A stretch of DNA of 64,000 nt from Eledone cirrhosa (GCA_964016885.1 OZ024748.1:34720001-34784000); one strand, 5' to 3'; numbered from the stretch's first letter, positions 18,001 to 29,253 are shown. Notes: generated by a model from the letters alone, not told the origin. Translations and numbers: made by a program.

Positions 18001-20367
18001 ACCACATCACAACATTCTGCTATCCAACATCCCACATGAAGCCACATCACGGCATTCTGTTACCCAACATCCTAAATGAGGCCATATCACAACATTCTGT
18101 TACCCAACATTCCAGATGAGGCCACATCACAGGATTCTGTTTACCAACATCCCACATGCGGCCACATCACAACATTCTACTACCCAACATCCCACATGAA
18201 GCTACATCCCAACATTATGCAACCCAACATCCCACATGAGGCCACATCACGGCATTCTGCTACCCAACATCCCACATGAAGCCACATCACGGTATTCTGT
18301 TACCCAACTTCCTAAATGAGGCCATATCACAACATTCTATTACCCAACATTCCAGATGAGGCCACATCACGGGATTCTGTTTACAAACATCCCACATGAG
18401 GCCACATCACAAAATTCTACTACCCAACATCCAACATGAGGCCACATTACAACATTCTGGTACCCAACATCCCACATGAGGCCACATCACAACATTCTAC
18501 TAACCAACATCCCGCATGAGGCCACATCACAACATTATCCTACCCAACGTCCCACATGAGTTCACATCACAACATTCAGTTACCCAACATCCCACATGAG
18601 GCCACATCACAACATTCTACTAACCAACATCCCTGATGAGGCCACAGCACGGCATTCTTTTACCTAACATCCCACATGATGCTACATCACAACATTCTAC
18701 TACCAAACATCCCACATGAGACAACATCACAACATTCTGTTACCCAACATTCCAGATGAGTCCACATCACGGGATTCTGTTTACCAACATCCCACATGAG
18801 GCCACATCACAACATTCTACTACCCAACATCCCACATGAGGCCACATCACAACATTTTGTTACCCAACATCCCACTTGAGGTCACATTACAACATTCTGG
18901 TACCCAACATCCCACATGAGGCCACATCACAACATTCTACTAACCAACATCCCGCATGAGGCCACATCACAACATTATCCTACCCAACGTCCCACATGAG
19001 TTCACATCACAACATTCAGTTACCCAACATCCCACATGAGGCCACATCACAACATTCTACTACCCAACATCCCACATGCGGCCACATCACAACATTCTGT
19101 TACCCTACATCCCACATGAGGCCACATCACAACATTCTACTACCCAACATCCCTGATAAGGCCACATCACGGCATTCTGTTACCCGATATCCCACATGAT
19201 GCTACATCACAACATTCTACTACCAAACATCCCACATGAGACAACATCACAACATTATGTTACCCAACATTCCAGATGAGTCCACATCACGGGATTCTGT
19301 TTACCAACATCCCACATGAGGCCACATCACAACATTCTGCTACCCAACATCCCACATGAGGCCACATCACAACATTCTACTAACCAACATCCGGCATGAG
19401 TCCACATCACAACATTATGCTACCCAACTTCCCACTTGAGTCCACATCACAACATTCAGTTACCCAACATCCCACATGAGGCCACATCTCAACATTCTAC
19501 TACCCAACATCCCACATGCGGACACATCACAACATTCTGTTACCCTACATCCCACATTAGGCCACATAACAACGTTCTACTGCCCAACATCCCAGATGAG
19601 GCCACAGCACGGCATTCTTTTACCTAACATCCCACATGGGGCCACATCACGGCATTCTGTTACCCAACATTCAACATGGGGCAACATCACAACATTCTGT
19701 TACCCAAAATCCCACATTAGGCCATATCACGGCATTCTGATACCCAACATCCCACATGAGGCCACAATACGGCATTCTGTTACCCTACATCCCACATGAG
19801 GCCACATCACAACATTCTACTACGCAACATCCCAGATGAGGCCACATCACAACATTCTACTACCCAACATCCCACATGAGGCCAAATCACGGCATTCTGT
19901 TACCCAACATCCCACATGAGGCCACATCACAACATTCTACTACCCAACATCCCAGATAAGTCCACATCACAACATTCTGTTACCCAACATCCCACATGAG
20001 GCCACATCACGGCATTCTGTTACCCAACATCCCAAATGATGCCACATCACAACATTCTTTTACCCAACATTCCAGATGAGGCTACATCACGGGATTCTGT
20101 TTACCAACATCCCACATGAGGCCACATCACAACATTCTACTACCCAACATCCCACATGAGGCTACATGACAACATTCTGCATCCCAACATCCCACACGAG
20201 GCCACGTCACGGCATTCTGTTACCCAACATCCCAAATGAGGCCACATCACAACATTCTGTTACCCAACATCCCACATGAGGCCACATCACAACATTCTAC
20301 TACCCAACATCCCACATGAGACCACATCACGGTATTCTGTTACCCAACATCCCACATGAGGCCACAT
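1..20367. repeat. 40-bp satellite DNA array (~509 monomers, runs off the left edge); consensus ACCCAACATCCCACATGAGGCCACATCAC(AA/GG)CATTCT(GT/AC)T
   Basis: Continuous tandem repetition with 40-bp period; ends abruptly at GCCACAT|GTTAGC at 20367. Confidence 0.98.
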
Positions 20368-20471
20368 GTTAGCTATAGAAAATGCAGCAATAATGACGGT
20401 GCTCCAGCAGCGCCGCGGCCTATGAGTTGGAGCTGGTAAATTAGTGAAAGAGTGCATATACATACATGTAT

Positions 20472-20668
20472 GCACACACACACACACACAAACATACACA
20501 TGTGAGAGAGGCAGAGAGAGAGAGAGGGTGTGTGTGTGAGAAAGAGAAATAATGTGTGTGTATGTGAGTGTGAGAAAGATAGTGAGAGTGAGGGAGAGTG
20601 CGCGTGTGTGTGAGAAAGAGTGTGTGTGTGTGTGAGTGTGTGTGAGAACGAGAGTGAGAGAGAGAGAG

Positions 20669-20764
<96 letters not shown>

Positions 20765-20793
20765 TGTGTGTGTGTGCGTGTGTGTGTGTGTGT
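20472..20793. repeat. Compound (CA)n/(GA)n/(GT)n microsatellite
   Basis: Directly visible; near-pure (GT)n from about 20672 to 20793. Confidence 0.95.
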
Positions 20794-21097
20794 ACTTAGT
20801 GGATAGAGTGTTTGTTTCAATCGTAAGACCAGGAATTCAATTCCCGACAGCACATTGTGACCTTCAGCAAGACACTTCACTTCATGTTGTTCCAGTAGAA
20901 TAAACAGGAAAAATAAATTAGTTGTACTAGTAATTCAAACGTCCACTCATTGGGCCTGGCTGAATCACTCTCAGAATGACATTAACAGATACATGTGTCT
21001 GTGGAATGTTTAGCCACTTGCATGTTAAGTTCAGGAGCAGGCAGTTCTGTTGTTTGGCCAACTGGAAGATTGGTCGTTGTTAGAGACGGAGGTCCAG
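20791..21097 (+). mobile_element. Degenerate tRNA-derived SINE with CORE-like central domain
   Basis: A-box-like TACTTAGTGG, B-box-like GAATTCAATTCC, and CORE-like TTGTGACCTTCAGCAAGACACTT. Related fragments occur at 61159-61220 (-), 61258-61368 (+) and 63285-63327 (+). Confidence 0.65.
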
Positions 21098-21274
21098 CAG
21101 TGTATAATCTATATCGACGCCAGTGTGTTTACTGTGATACTTCTAAGAAGGCTTCAACCATAACTGAAATGTTAATATTTGCAGAGTTTTCAAATTTCAT
21201 TGCTTGTCCCTGCCACTAATTATCGCATATAACGTACGGAAACATATTCCATATATCAAACAGATACACATTTG

Positions 21275-22436
21275 TATACACACACGTACGCACATCTACA
21301 CATACGTACAGTCATACACAGGAACACACATCTACACATACGTACAGTCATACACACGTACACACATCTACACATACGTACAGTCATACACACGCACACA
21401 CATCTACACATACGTACAGTCATACACAGGAACACACATCTACACATACGTACAGTCATACACACGTACACACATCTACACATACGTACAGTCATACACA
21501 CGTACACACATCTACACATACGTACAGTCATACACACGTACACACATCTACACATACGTACAGTCATACACACGTACACACATTTACACATACGAACAGT
21601 CATACACACGCACACACATCTACACATACGTACAGTCATACACACGTACACACATCTACACATACGAACAGTCATACACACGCACACACATCTACACATA
21701 CGTACAGTCATACACACGTACACACATCTACACATACGTACAGTCATACACACGTACACGCATCTACACATACGTACAGTCATACACAGGAACACACATC
21801 TACACATACGTACAGTCATACACACGTACACACATCTACACATACGTACAGTCATACACAGGAACACACATCTACACATACGTACAGTCATACACACGTA
21901 CACACATCTACACATACGTACAGTCATACACACGTACACACATCTACACATACGTACAGTCATACACAGGAACACACATCTACACATACGTACAGTCATA
22001 CACACGTACACACATCTACACATACGTACAGTCATACACATGCACACACATCTACACATACGTACAGTCATACACACGTACACACATCTACACATACGTA
22101 CAGTCATACACACGTACACACATCTACACATACGTACAGTCATACACACGTACACACATCTACACATACGTACAGTCATACACAGGAACACACATCTACA
22201 CATACGTACAGTCATACACACGTACACACATCTACACATACGTACAGTCATACACACGTACACACATCTACACATACGTACAGTCATACACACGTACACA
22301 CATCTACACATACGTACAGTCATACACACGTACACACATCTACACATACGTACAGTCATACACACGTACACACATCTACACATACGTACAGTCATACACA
22401 CGTACACACATCTACACATACGTACAGTCATACACA
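21275..22436. repeat. 36-bp minisatellite (TACACACGTACACACATCTACACATACGTACAGTCA)n, ~32 copies
   Basis: Highly homogeneous tandem repeat; 12-aa periodicity in the ORF track confirms the 36-bp unit. Confidence 0.97.
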
Positions 22437-22493
22437 ACAAACACACACAACAAATATATACATAAAGCAAAGTAAATACGCATATATATATAT

Positions 22494-22676
22494 AATTGTT
22501 TCTACTTTAGGCACAAGGCCAGCATTAACCCAGTGCATTACTGGTACTTTATTTTATCGACCCCGTAAGGATGAAAGGCAAAGTCAACCTCGGCGGGATT
22601 TGAACTCAGATCGTAAAGGGACGTAACTATGCTGGAAAGCATGGCGTCCGATCCTCTACCGATGCTGCCAATCCAC
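22494..22676 (-). mobile_element. tRNA-derived SINE of a second family (central domain resembles Meta/Sauria-type SINEs)
   Basis: Minus strand: A-box-like TGGCAGCATCGG, B-box GAGTTCAAATCC, then GCCTTTCATCCTTACGGGGTCGATAAAATAAAGTACCAG, ending CCTTGTGCCTAAAGTAGAAACAAT. Resembles an abundant octopus SINE as I recall it. Confidence 0.7.
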
Positions 22677-22882
22677 ATGCATATAGATATATATATACAT
22701 ATATACATATACATACATATATACTTACTTACAAACACACACACACATTTACATACACTTACATACACACATATAATGTGATGTAGAGAAGGTGGGTTGT
22801 AAATTTGATTAATTACTTGGGATGTTCTGAGTTTGGTGAAATCTGACATAATTGTACGGGAGTTGCTATCTTTGGTGTATGA

Positions 22883-23417
22883 TGGGTGGGGTGGGGTGGC
22901 AGTTGAGGTGGGCGTTTGGTGGGGTGGGGTGGGGTGGTGGGTGGGTGGGGTGGCGGTGAAGGTGGGCGTTTGGTGGGGTGGGGTGTATTTGGTTATGAGG
23001 AGAGGTGGGGTGTGATGGTATAGTGTAGTGTGGTGGTATGGTGTAGTGTGGTGTGTGGTGGTATGGTGTCGTGTGGTGGTATGGTGTAGTGTGGTGTGTG
23101 GTGGTATGGTGTAGTGTGGTGGTATGGTGTAGTATGGTGGTATGGTGTAGTGTGGTGTGTGGTGGTATGGTGTAGTTTGGTGGTATGGTGTAGTTTGGTG
23201 GTATGGTGTTGTGTGGTGGTATGGTGTTGTGTGGTGGTATGGTGTTGTGTGGTGTGTGGTGGTATGGTGTTGTGTGGTGGTATGGTGTTGTGTGGTGGTA
23301 TGGTGTTGTGTGGTGTGTGGTGGTATGGTGTTGTGTGGTGGTATGGTGTTGTGTGGTGGTATGGTGTAGTGTGGTGGTCTGGTGTAGTGTGGTGTGTGGT
23401 GGTATGGTGTAGTGTGG
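22883..23417. repeat. G-rich (GGGGT)-type tract followed by an ~18-bp GTGTGGTGGTATGGTGT(A/T) minisatellite
   Basis: Directly visible; multiple GGG/GGGG runs at 22883-22985. Confidence 0.9.
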
Positions 23418-23476
23418 CCTCCTCGGTCTCAGCACCGCAAACTCCATCTCTCTCTCACTTTATGTATATATGTATG

Positions 23477-24007
23477 TTTAGTCGCTGACGACCCGACCAT
23501 GCGACAGGTTGTACTGGGTTACATGTTACCAGTAATACTCAAGAGTGACCCGGCAACCCCACCAAGTTCATTTGGTGAGGAGGGTGATTTTGGACACCCT
23601 GCAAGACAAAATCAAAACCTGACAAAGAGTGGAAGAACTCATAAGAGTCAACGGCCATCCAAAAGTGTGTAAATATGTATATACACATGTACCGCCCGGT
23701 TAAACCACTGGGAGTGAAGGACCCCTAGCCTTTGTCAGAGCCTTCTTTTAGGAGAAGGCAACTCAGGAAACTGGGATAACTCCAACATAAAACCTGCGGC
23801 TCAGTAGTTACCGATGATGTTGATCTTTTCTTCTTTTCGGGTTATAGCTACTGTCGCACAGAGAGTGGGATTGGCTCAGTGCACAGTCTTTCCTCACTTT
23901 AAAAAATATCTTTACGCACAGGCATTGCACGATAGAATTAATTATTAATTATTAATAATGGTATATCGTGCAATGGCCATACTCGATAACGAGGGGGCAG
24001 CCATCAT
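23477..24007 (+). mobile_element. Non-autonomous RTE-like retroelement, copy 1 (5' ~74 bp inverted)
   Basis: Colinear homology with 28281-28920 (GGCAACCCCACCAAG, AGGAGAAGG.AACTC, GCACAGGCATTGC, 3' stem-loop). 23477-23550 is the reverse complement of the 5' end of copy 2. Confidence 0.7.
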
Positions 24008-24504
24008 GTATGTATGTATAAGTGTATATATATACAGAGGCGGTGGAACTGGAGGAGTGACATGCCACCACCCAATAATTATATTTTTCTCCCCAAAATA
24101 CCAAAACACATCTATTTGTATATGCGCTATAATTTATGTAAATGTTGTGTAGAGATAGATATAGAGAGGGGGAGAGTTCGGTGTTAATTCATATAGAGAG
24201 TAAGGTTGGGAGAGTGTGTTGTATATTAGATATAGAGGGAGGGGGATTGATATATATTTCTATTTATTTGCCACCAGGGCATCAAAGATTGGGACAAATA
24301 CAAAGGAGGGAGTTTACATACATTTAAAAAGACGTGTAAAAAACATATAACAAATTAAATTTAACAATCGATGTCCTCAATAGGGAGGGGCGTTGACATG
24401 GGTCGCACCCCCCCCCCCCTCCCCCGAAAAAATGTGCAACCCTCCTCTTCAGGAGCACAAAGAGCGGGTGCTTCCTTCCTCTTCTCATTCTTCTCCTCTC
24501 TCAC

Positions 24505-25715
24505 CTACAGGCTGATATAGAGAGAAGTCCCATTCACTCGGGCCATTCTCGCTACTTTCACCCATCTTTCATAAAACTTGCTGGGGTAGAGCACCTCTCT
24601 CTCCATTCTGATCCTTCTAAAGTGGTACTTGAAAAAAAAGACCAGTTGTTGGCCGGAGAGAAAGGTGTCTGACCTCAGCCCTTTCAACCTTGTCCACCAT
24701 ACAACTTCTTTCGCCATGGCTATCACACAGAGGAAAACCGCCTCTCCTTCGTTTTTGAAAGGGGGGGGGGGGAGGTTTGATCTTGACAATGTTCTCGGTG
24801 GTCAACCGGATTGGGCCCACCCGCGACAGTAGTCATTCTACATAGCCCCACAGGTCAGCAACGCCCGGACAGTGTACGAATGCGTGTGCGACGGTTTCCT
24901 CGTCACGCACGCATCTTGGACAGATCTTCTTCGAGGGGTCCCTACCCGGGCGCCCGTGTCTGTAGAGCTTGTCCCGAACGGGTAGAGCTCCTCGGTAACA
25001 TTGCCAAGCCAGGGACTTTTGGAAGTTGTCCATCGGTCCCGGGCCAAACGTTCTACCGAACAGACTGGCCACCTCGCCTTCCTCCATGCCCAGAGCCTCT
25101 CCGAGAGCGTCGTCGCACTTACTGCGCACCAACCCTCTATAGAATGTTGAGGTTGAGTCTCCACTGATTGCCGGATCCGCTTGCCAGAGGGCCGTGAGCG
25201 CCTGGGCAAATTCAATGTGCCAGTCGCCCACTTTTCTCGGTCTTTGCTTGACCCATGATTGCAGCTCGGTGAGTGAGACGAGTCTCGGAAAGGCTCGCCT
25301 CACAAACAGGGCCCACACCGGCTGACCGGTGAGGAATACCTGGAGGTGCCGTAGCCTTAATGTGTGTCCCAGATGGGGCATACGCTGCCACCAGCCTGAA
25401 AGCTCCACCTTCACCACTGCCGACGTCTAAAACCACCAGTCGACCCTCCGAGTCCAGGTGTACCTTCTGTGTGGCAAGACCCAGGTATTTTCGCAGCAGA
25501 ACGACAACCCCACCCCCACCCCTCGGCTGACAGAGAGATGCGTAGATCTCAAAGTCGTCGAAGATGGGGGCCAGTTGGCGCTCGCTGCTGATCCTGGACT
25601 CGCAAATAACCATTACATCCACTCTGTGCGACCTGAGGTCATTTAAGAGTTTGCCCTGTTTCCAGGACATCCCCAAGCCGCGTGCATTCACACATCCAGC
25701 TCTTATATTGGCCAT
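24505..25715 (-). pseudogene. Copy A ORF2 remnant: APE N-terminus plus C-terminal zinc-binding region, RT domain deleted
   Basis: MANIRAGCVNARGL...ICES...YAPSGT is joined at ~25365 to HTLRLRHL...CPRC...ETVAHAFVHC; additional frameshift near 24790-24835. Confidence 0.9.
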
Positions 25716-25757
25716 GTTGGTGCTGAAGAGTTAAAAAGGAAGAGGAAAGGAAGTTAC

Positions 25758-27480
25758 TTACCTCTTCGTCTCCTGGGGACCAGGCTGCACAATTTCCATG
25801 GAGCTGTTGGAAGGGTTGTTTGGTGGGGTGGTGGTTTGTGGTCGGGTGAGGACATCAGTGTGTGGTGGGATTAGGGTGTTTGGTGGGGTGTGGGATTCTG
25901 GTGTGGGGGTGGGGAAACATCTCAATAGGACGCTGTTATGTGGTTTGGTGCAGTTGGTCCCCACATGCATTGGATGGTTCTTTTTCAAAGTTACATAGGT
26001 TTCCGTTGGGACCCTAATCATCATTAGGTGCGGTTTGTTCGCTGCGTAGGTGAAAGTGATCCCTTCGGTTTCCACCGAAGGGTTATTTTCTATCGCTTTC
26101 ATCAACGTTTTATTGTTCTTGTTAATGTATGTATAGAGTTTTTGTTGTGTTGTGTTTGTTTTTGTTTGTTGTTCTTGTGCGTGTTTGCGTTTTGTAGTAT
26201 GTGTTATGTTTTGGGGAGGGGTGGTTTTTTTTATTTGTGATGTTTGTTCTGTTTGTGCTGGTGGTTGTGTGTTTGTGGCATTTTTGTTAATGTGGTGCCT
26301 TTTTTTTTCCTTTTCACCTGTTGAAAGGGTTCTCCCTCGTCGTCACTGGGTGACGTTGATACGGAGTCCTCTTCCGTGTTGTTGGGGAGGGGTATATTTG
26401 GGGGTTTTGTTGTGGCTGCTTTTGTATTTGTTTTAGGTGGGGAGGGGTTGGGTGGAACAGTGTTTTGTGTTGTTATTTTTCCGTGTTGTTGTGGTTGTTG
26501 TTGTTGTTGTTGTGGTGGTGGTGGTGGTGGTGGTTGTGTTGTTGTGTTCGGGGTTGGCAGAAGAGCCTTTTTTTTTACTCGTTAATTGAGGACAGGCATA
26601 CCTCAGGTGACCCCTGCTTAAGCAGTGGTAACATGACGGCCGCCTTCCCTCCACTGAAATGTTTATATAAGTTAGCCCGTCCAGAGGCACGCGTTGTGGG
26701 ATATTCGCTATTCGTTCTGGGCTCATTTGCACCAGAACTTCTACGCTGGTCCCACCAAATACACCTCCGGAGGACTTTCCTATTGAAATTATCTTGTCTT
26801 CGTCAAAGTTAATGATTCCACATAGTATCCACCAAATATTTACATTTGGTGTGATACTCATTCTTTTTATTCTTTGTGTCCTTTTTCCCCTGTATATGGG
26901 GAAAAAGGTGAAGCGGGGGGACACAATGGGTGATACCGAGTACTTTTGAGCTGTTGACTGGTTGTTCATTAGCACCGAAATGCTACCAAACAGTTTACCT
27001 TTTTGTATGAAGGTTAAGTCCTTCATTGCATCTTTTAGAACCAGCTCAATTTCATTTTGTGATAATTGAGCTGGTTTTCTTGTTTCGTTCGATATTGTCC
27101 TGAAAACTGTGGTTTTCAGGACAGCTTCTCTACGTAATTCCTGTGGAGAATTGATGCCAAAAGCACCTTTTTCGCCAAAAGTCACGAATTGTTTTGCGTC
27201 TTGTAATAGTTGTTTAGCATTTGTTATGTCTATTGGCGTGTATAGTTCGTTTTTTTTTTACAGTCTGTGCGAATGTTGTTTTGGTGTTGTTGTCTTTTTT
27301 GTTGCTGTCACTGTTGGTAATATTGTTCATGTTTTCCTTGGTGCTGCTATTGTTGCAGTTGTTGGTTGTGGTGTTATTGTCATTGTTCTTGTTGTTGGTG
27401 CTGGTATTATTTACCGGGTTTGGTTTCGTGGTTTCGATATTTTTAACGTTTTTCGATAATGCGAGGGGGGAAGGCTGCAA
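25758..27480 (-). pseudogene. Copy A ORF1 (gag-like nucleic-acid-binding protein), frameshifted
   Basis: ORF pieces 27214-27693, 26433-27185 (CYHCLSRGHLRYAC zinc knuckle) and 25758-26105 are homologous to copy C ORF1. The start position is approximate. Confidence 0.85.
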
Positions 27481-27847
27481 GCTTTGTACTCCTACCTTCC
27501 CTCCACCACTTTTCTTAGTGGGCGTGGCACTCACGACAGTGTGCGAGGCGGAAATGACATACATTGCGCCCAAGTCTACAGTTTTGAGATGAAAATTGAA
27601 AATTTCGCCCCAGAAAGGGGCGAAAATTAGTTGACTCATCGTCTGACGACCCAGGCAAGGGGTTAAACTAAAAAATGTTATTAAATTGAGCAATAAACTT
27701 ACAGTTTTTTTGACAATAATCCGTAAAAATCCGGAGCGAAGTAAATCACGTCTATATCAAGTGGTAATTGATATAGAGAGAGGGATAGAAAAAGAGTGTT
27801 GTATGGTTGATTTTGGCTTCTTGGGGCTCAATTTTCGTTCTTTGTAC

Positions 27848-27992
27848 TGAAATATTCGTTGTAATGAATTCCGTTATAACGCGATTCTTTTATTGTTGTA
27901 TTAATAAGCTTTTACCCGGAGCTTGAAAACAATTTCGTTATACTGAGAAATTCGTTATAATGATATTCATTATAACGGTATTTTACATATAT
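27848..27992. mobile_element. Possible Tc1/mariner- or pogo-type MITE remnant
   Basis: Repeated TTCGTTATA(A) subterminal-type motifs ending in TTATAACGGTATTTTAC; only one end was recognised. Confidence 0.4.
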
Positions 27993-28219
27993 GTATACAG
28001 ATGTACAGTAGTATGTATATATATACATACATGCACACATATATATATGCATGTATCGGTTTACCGAACATTTATTATAATGCTCGGTTTGTTTGTTTGT
28101 AAACAAACAAACAGCCCGAATTACGCCGTACAGTGTTTAGGCAACCACGTCACCTTTTTGTTCAACACTGACATATATATATATGTATACACACACATTC
28201 ACACACTCGCGCATGCATT

Positions 28220-28229
<10 letters not shown>

Positions 28230-28278
<49 letters not shown>
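28230..28278. repeat. (GT)n microsatellite
   Basis: Directly visible. Confidence 0.95.
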
Positions 28279-28279
<1 letters not shown>

Positions 28280-28280
28280 A

Positions 28281-28358
28281 GGTCACCAGATGGTGCTACT
28301 GGTAACATGTATCCCAGTACAACCTGTCTCATGGTCGGGTCGTTGGCGACTAAACTGG
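28281..28358 (+). ncRNA. Putative (degenerate) HDV-like self-cleaving ribozyme
   Basis: P1 GGUCA/UGGUC (28281-85/28332-36), P2 CCAGU/ACUGG (28314-18/28354-58), CC in L3 with GG (28337-38) for P1.1, P4 UCG-UUGG-CGA, J4/2 C-UAA. P3 is imperfect. Confidence 0.55.
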
Positions 28359-28477
28359 CAACCCCACCAAGGTTTCTTGGTGAGGAGGGTGACGTTGGAC
28401 ATCCTGCAGGACTAAAAACAAAACCTATCAAAGGGCAAAGGAGCTCTGAAGAGTCAATGGCCATCCAAAATCACCGG

Positions 28478-28533
28478 GAGATGACGCCTTAGAGATGACC
28501 CCTTAGAGATGACCCCTTAGAGATGACCCCTTA
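28478..28533. repeat. 4 x 14-bp direct repeat GAGATGACCCCTTA
   Basis: Directly visible; the homologous site is single-copy in RTE-like copy 1. Confidence 0.9.
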
Positions 28534-28917
28534 GCCTTTGTCAAGGCAGAATTCTAGGAGAAGGAAAACTCTGATATAACACCTGCAACCCTGATGGTAT
28601 CCAATGATGTTGACTTGTTCTTCTTTTTGGTAAATATCATCTTGGTTAAGAGAGTGGGACTGGCTTTGTGCAGTGCCTTTGCTCACTATAAAAGCTTCAC
28701 GGCACAGGCATTGCTTTATATCTGGAGATCTCTTTGCACTTGTCGTCACATGGTGCCATGGGCCCAGCACTGTGTGTCTATAATTGTCACAAGTGTTTGT
28801 ACCAGAGTTTTCAAGTCGCTGGCTGGACTAAAAAGTCACACTCGTTCAGCACATCGGTAAGGGTTCTCCTACATGAATATAAAGTAGTGGCCGTACTCGA
28901 AAACGAGTTGGCAGCCA

Positions 28918-28919
<2 letters not shown>

Positions 28920-28985
<66 letters not shown>
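28920..28985. repeat. (AT)n microsatellite
   Basis: Directly visible. Confidence 0.95.
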
Positions 28986-28988
<3 letters not shown>

Positions 28989-29253
28989 TACACATATGAT
29001 GGAGCAATATGTATTTGAATACGTATAGCAACAGTGAGTGGGCGTTTGATTAGAAGAGTTGGTTGGATAGTGTGGTGTGGTTTGGGTGGGGAAGTTTGTT
29101 CTCACTAATTATATTGTTATATTATACACATACATTCACATACGGTCAGACAGACTGACAGACAGACAGAATTGGAACAACTGTGACCTCACATTGAGGT
29201 CAGCAATTAATCACTGAACTTAGATCTCTGTCGTTTTATCGCACAAACCTAAC

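Larger units (their letters stand above)
24256..27755 (-). mobile_element. Tx1-clade non-LTR retrotransposon copy A (both ends present, ~2.2-kb internal ORF2 deletion)
   Basis: 5' motif AGACGTG...ACTTCGCTCC, ORF1 with CCHC knuckle, APE N-terminus joined to the ORF2 C-terminus, and a 3' UTR with AATAAA shared with copies B-D. Confidence 0.92.
28281..28920 (+). mobile_element. Non-autonomous bipartite RTE-like retroelement, copy 2 (5' UTR plus ORF C-terminal remnant plus 3' stem-loop)
   Basis: RTE-type 5' UTR motif CTAGGAGAAGGAAAACTCTGA; C2H2-like remnant CTRVFKSLAGLKSHTRSAHR-stop ending at 28860; terminal hairpin GTGGC..ACTCG-AAAA-CGAGT..GCCAC; followed by (AT)n. Confidence 0.7.

Noticed and set aside
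175-19799. Dozens of His/Pro/Thr-rich 63-187-aa ORFs (MRPHH...)
   Set aside because: They are translations of the 40-bp satellite; the ATG and TGA are part of the monomer and ORF length depends on random loss of stops.
1-20367. Telomeric repeat array (C-rich plus strand)
   Set aside because: No (CCCTAA)n or other short telomeric unit; a chromosome-end position cannot be inferred from this window.
21204-22475. ~400-aa repetitive ORFs on both strands
   Set aside because: The 36-bp minisatellite lacks stops in several frames at once; there is no gene context.
27620-27670. Hammerhead ribozyme suggested by CTGACGA and a nearby CGAAA
   Set aside because: It is antisense to the element, no GAAA follows the putative stem II, and CTGANGA is not conserved in copies B (CTGAAGG) or C (CTGACAG).
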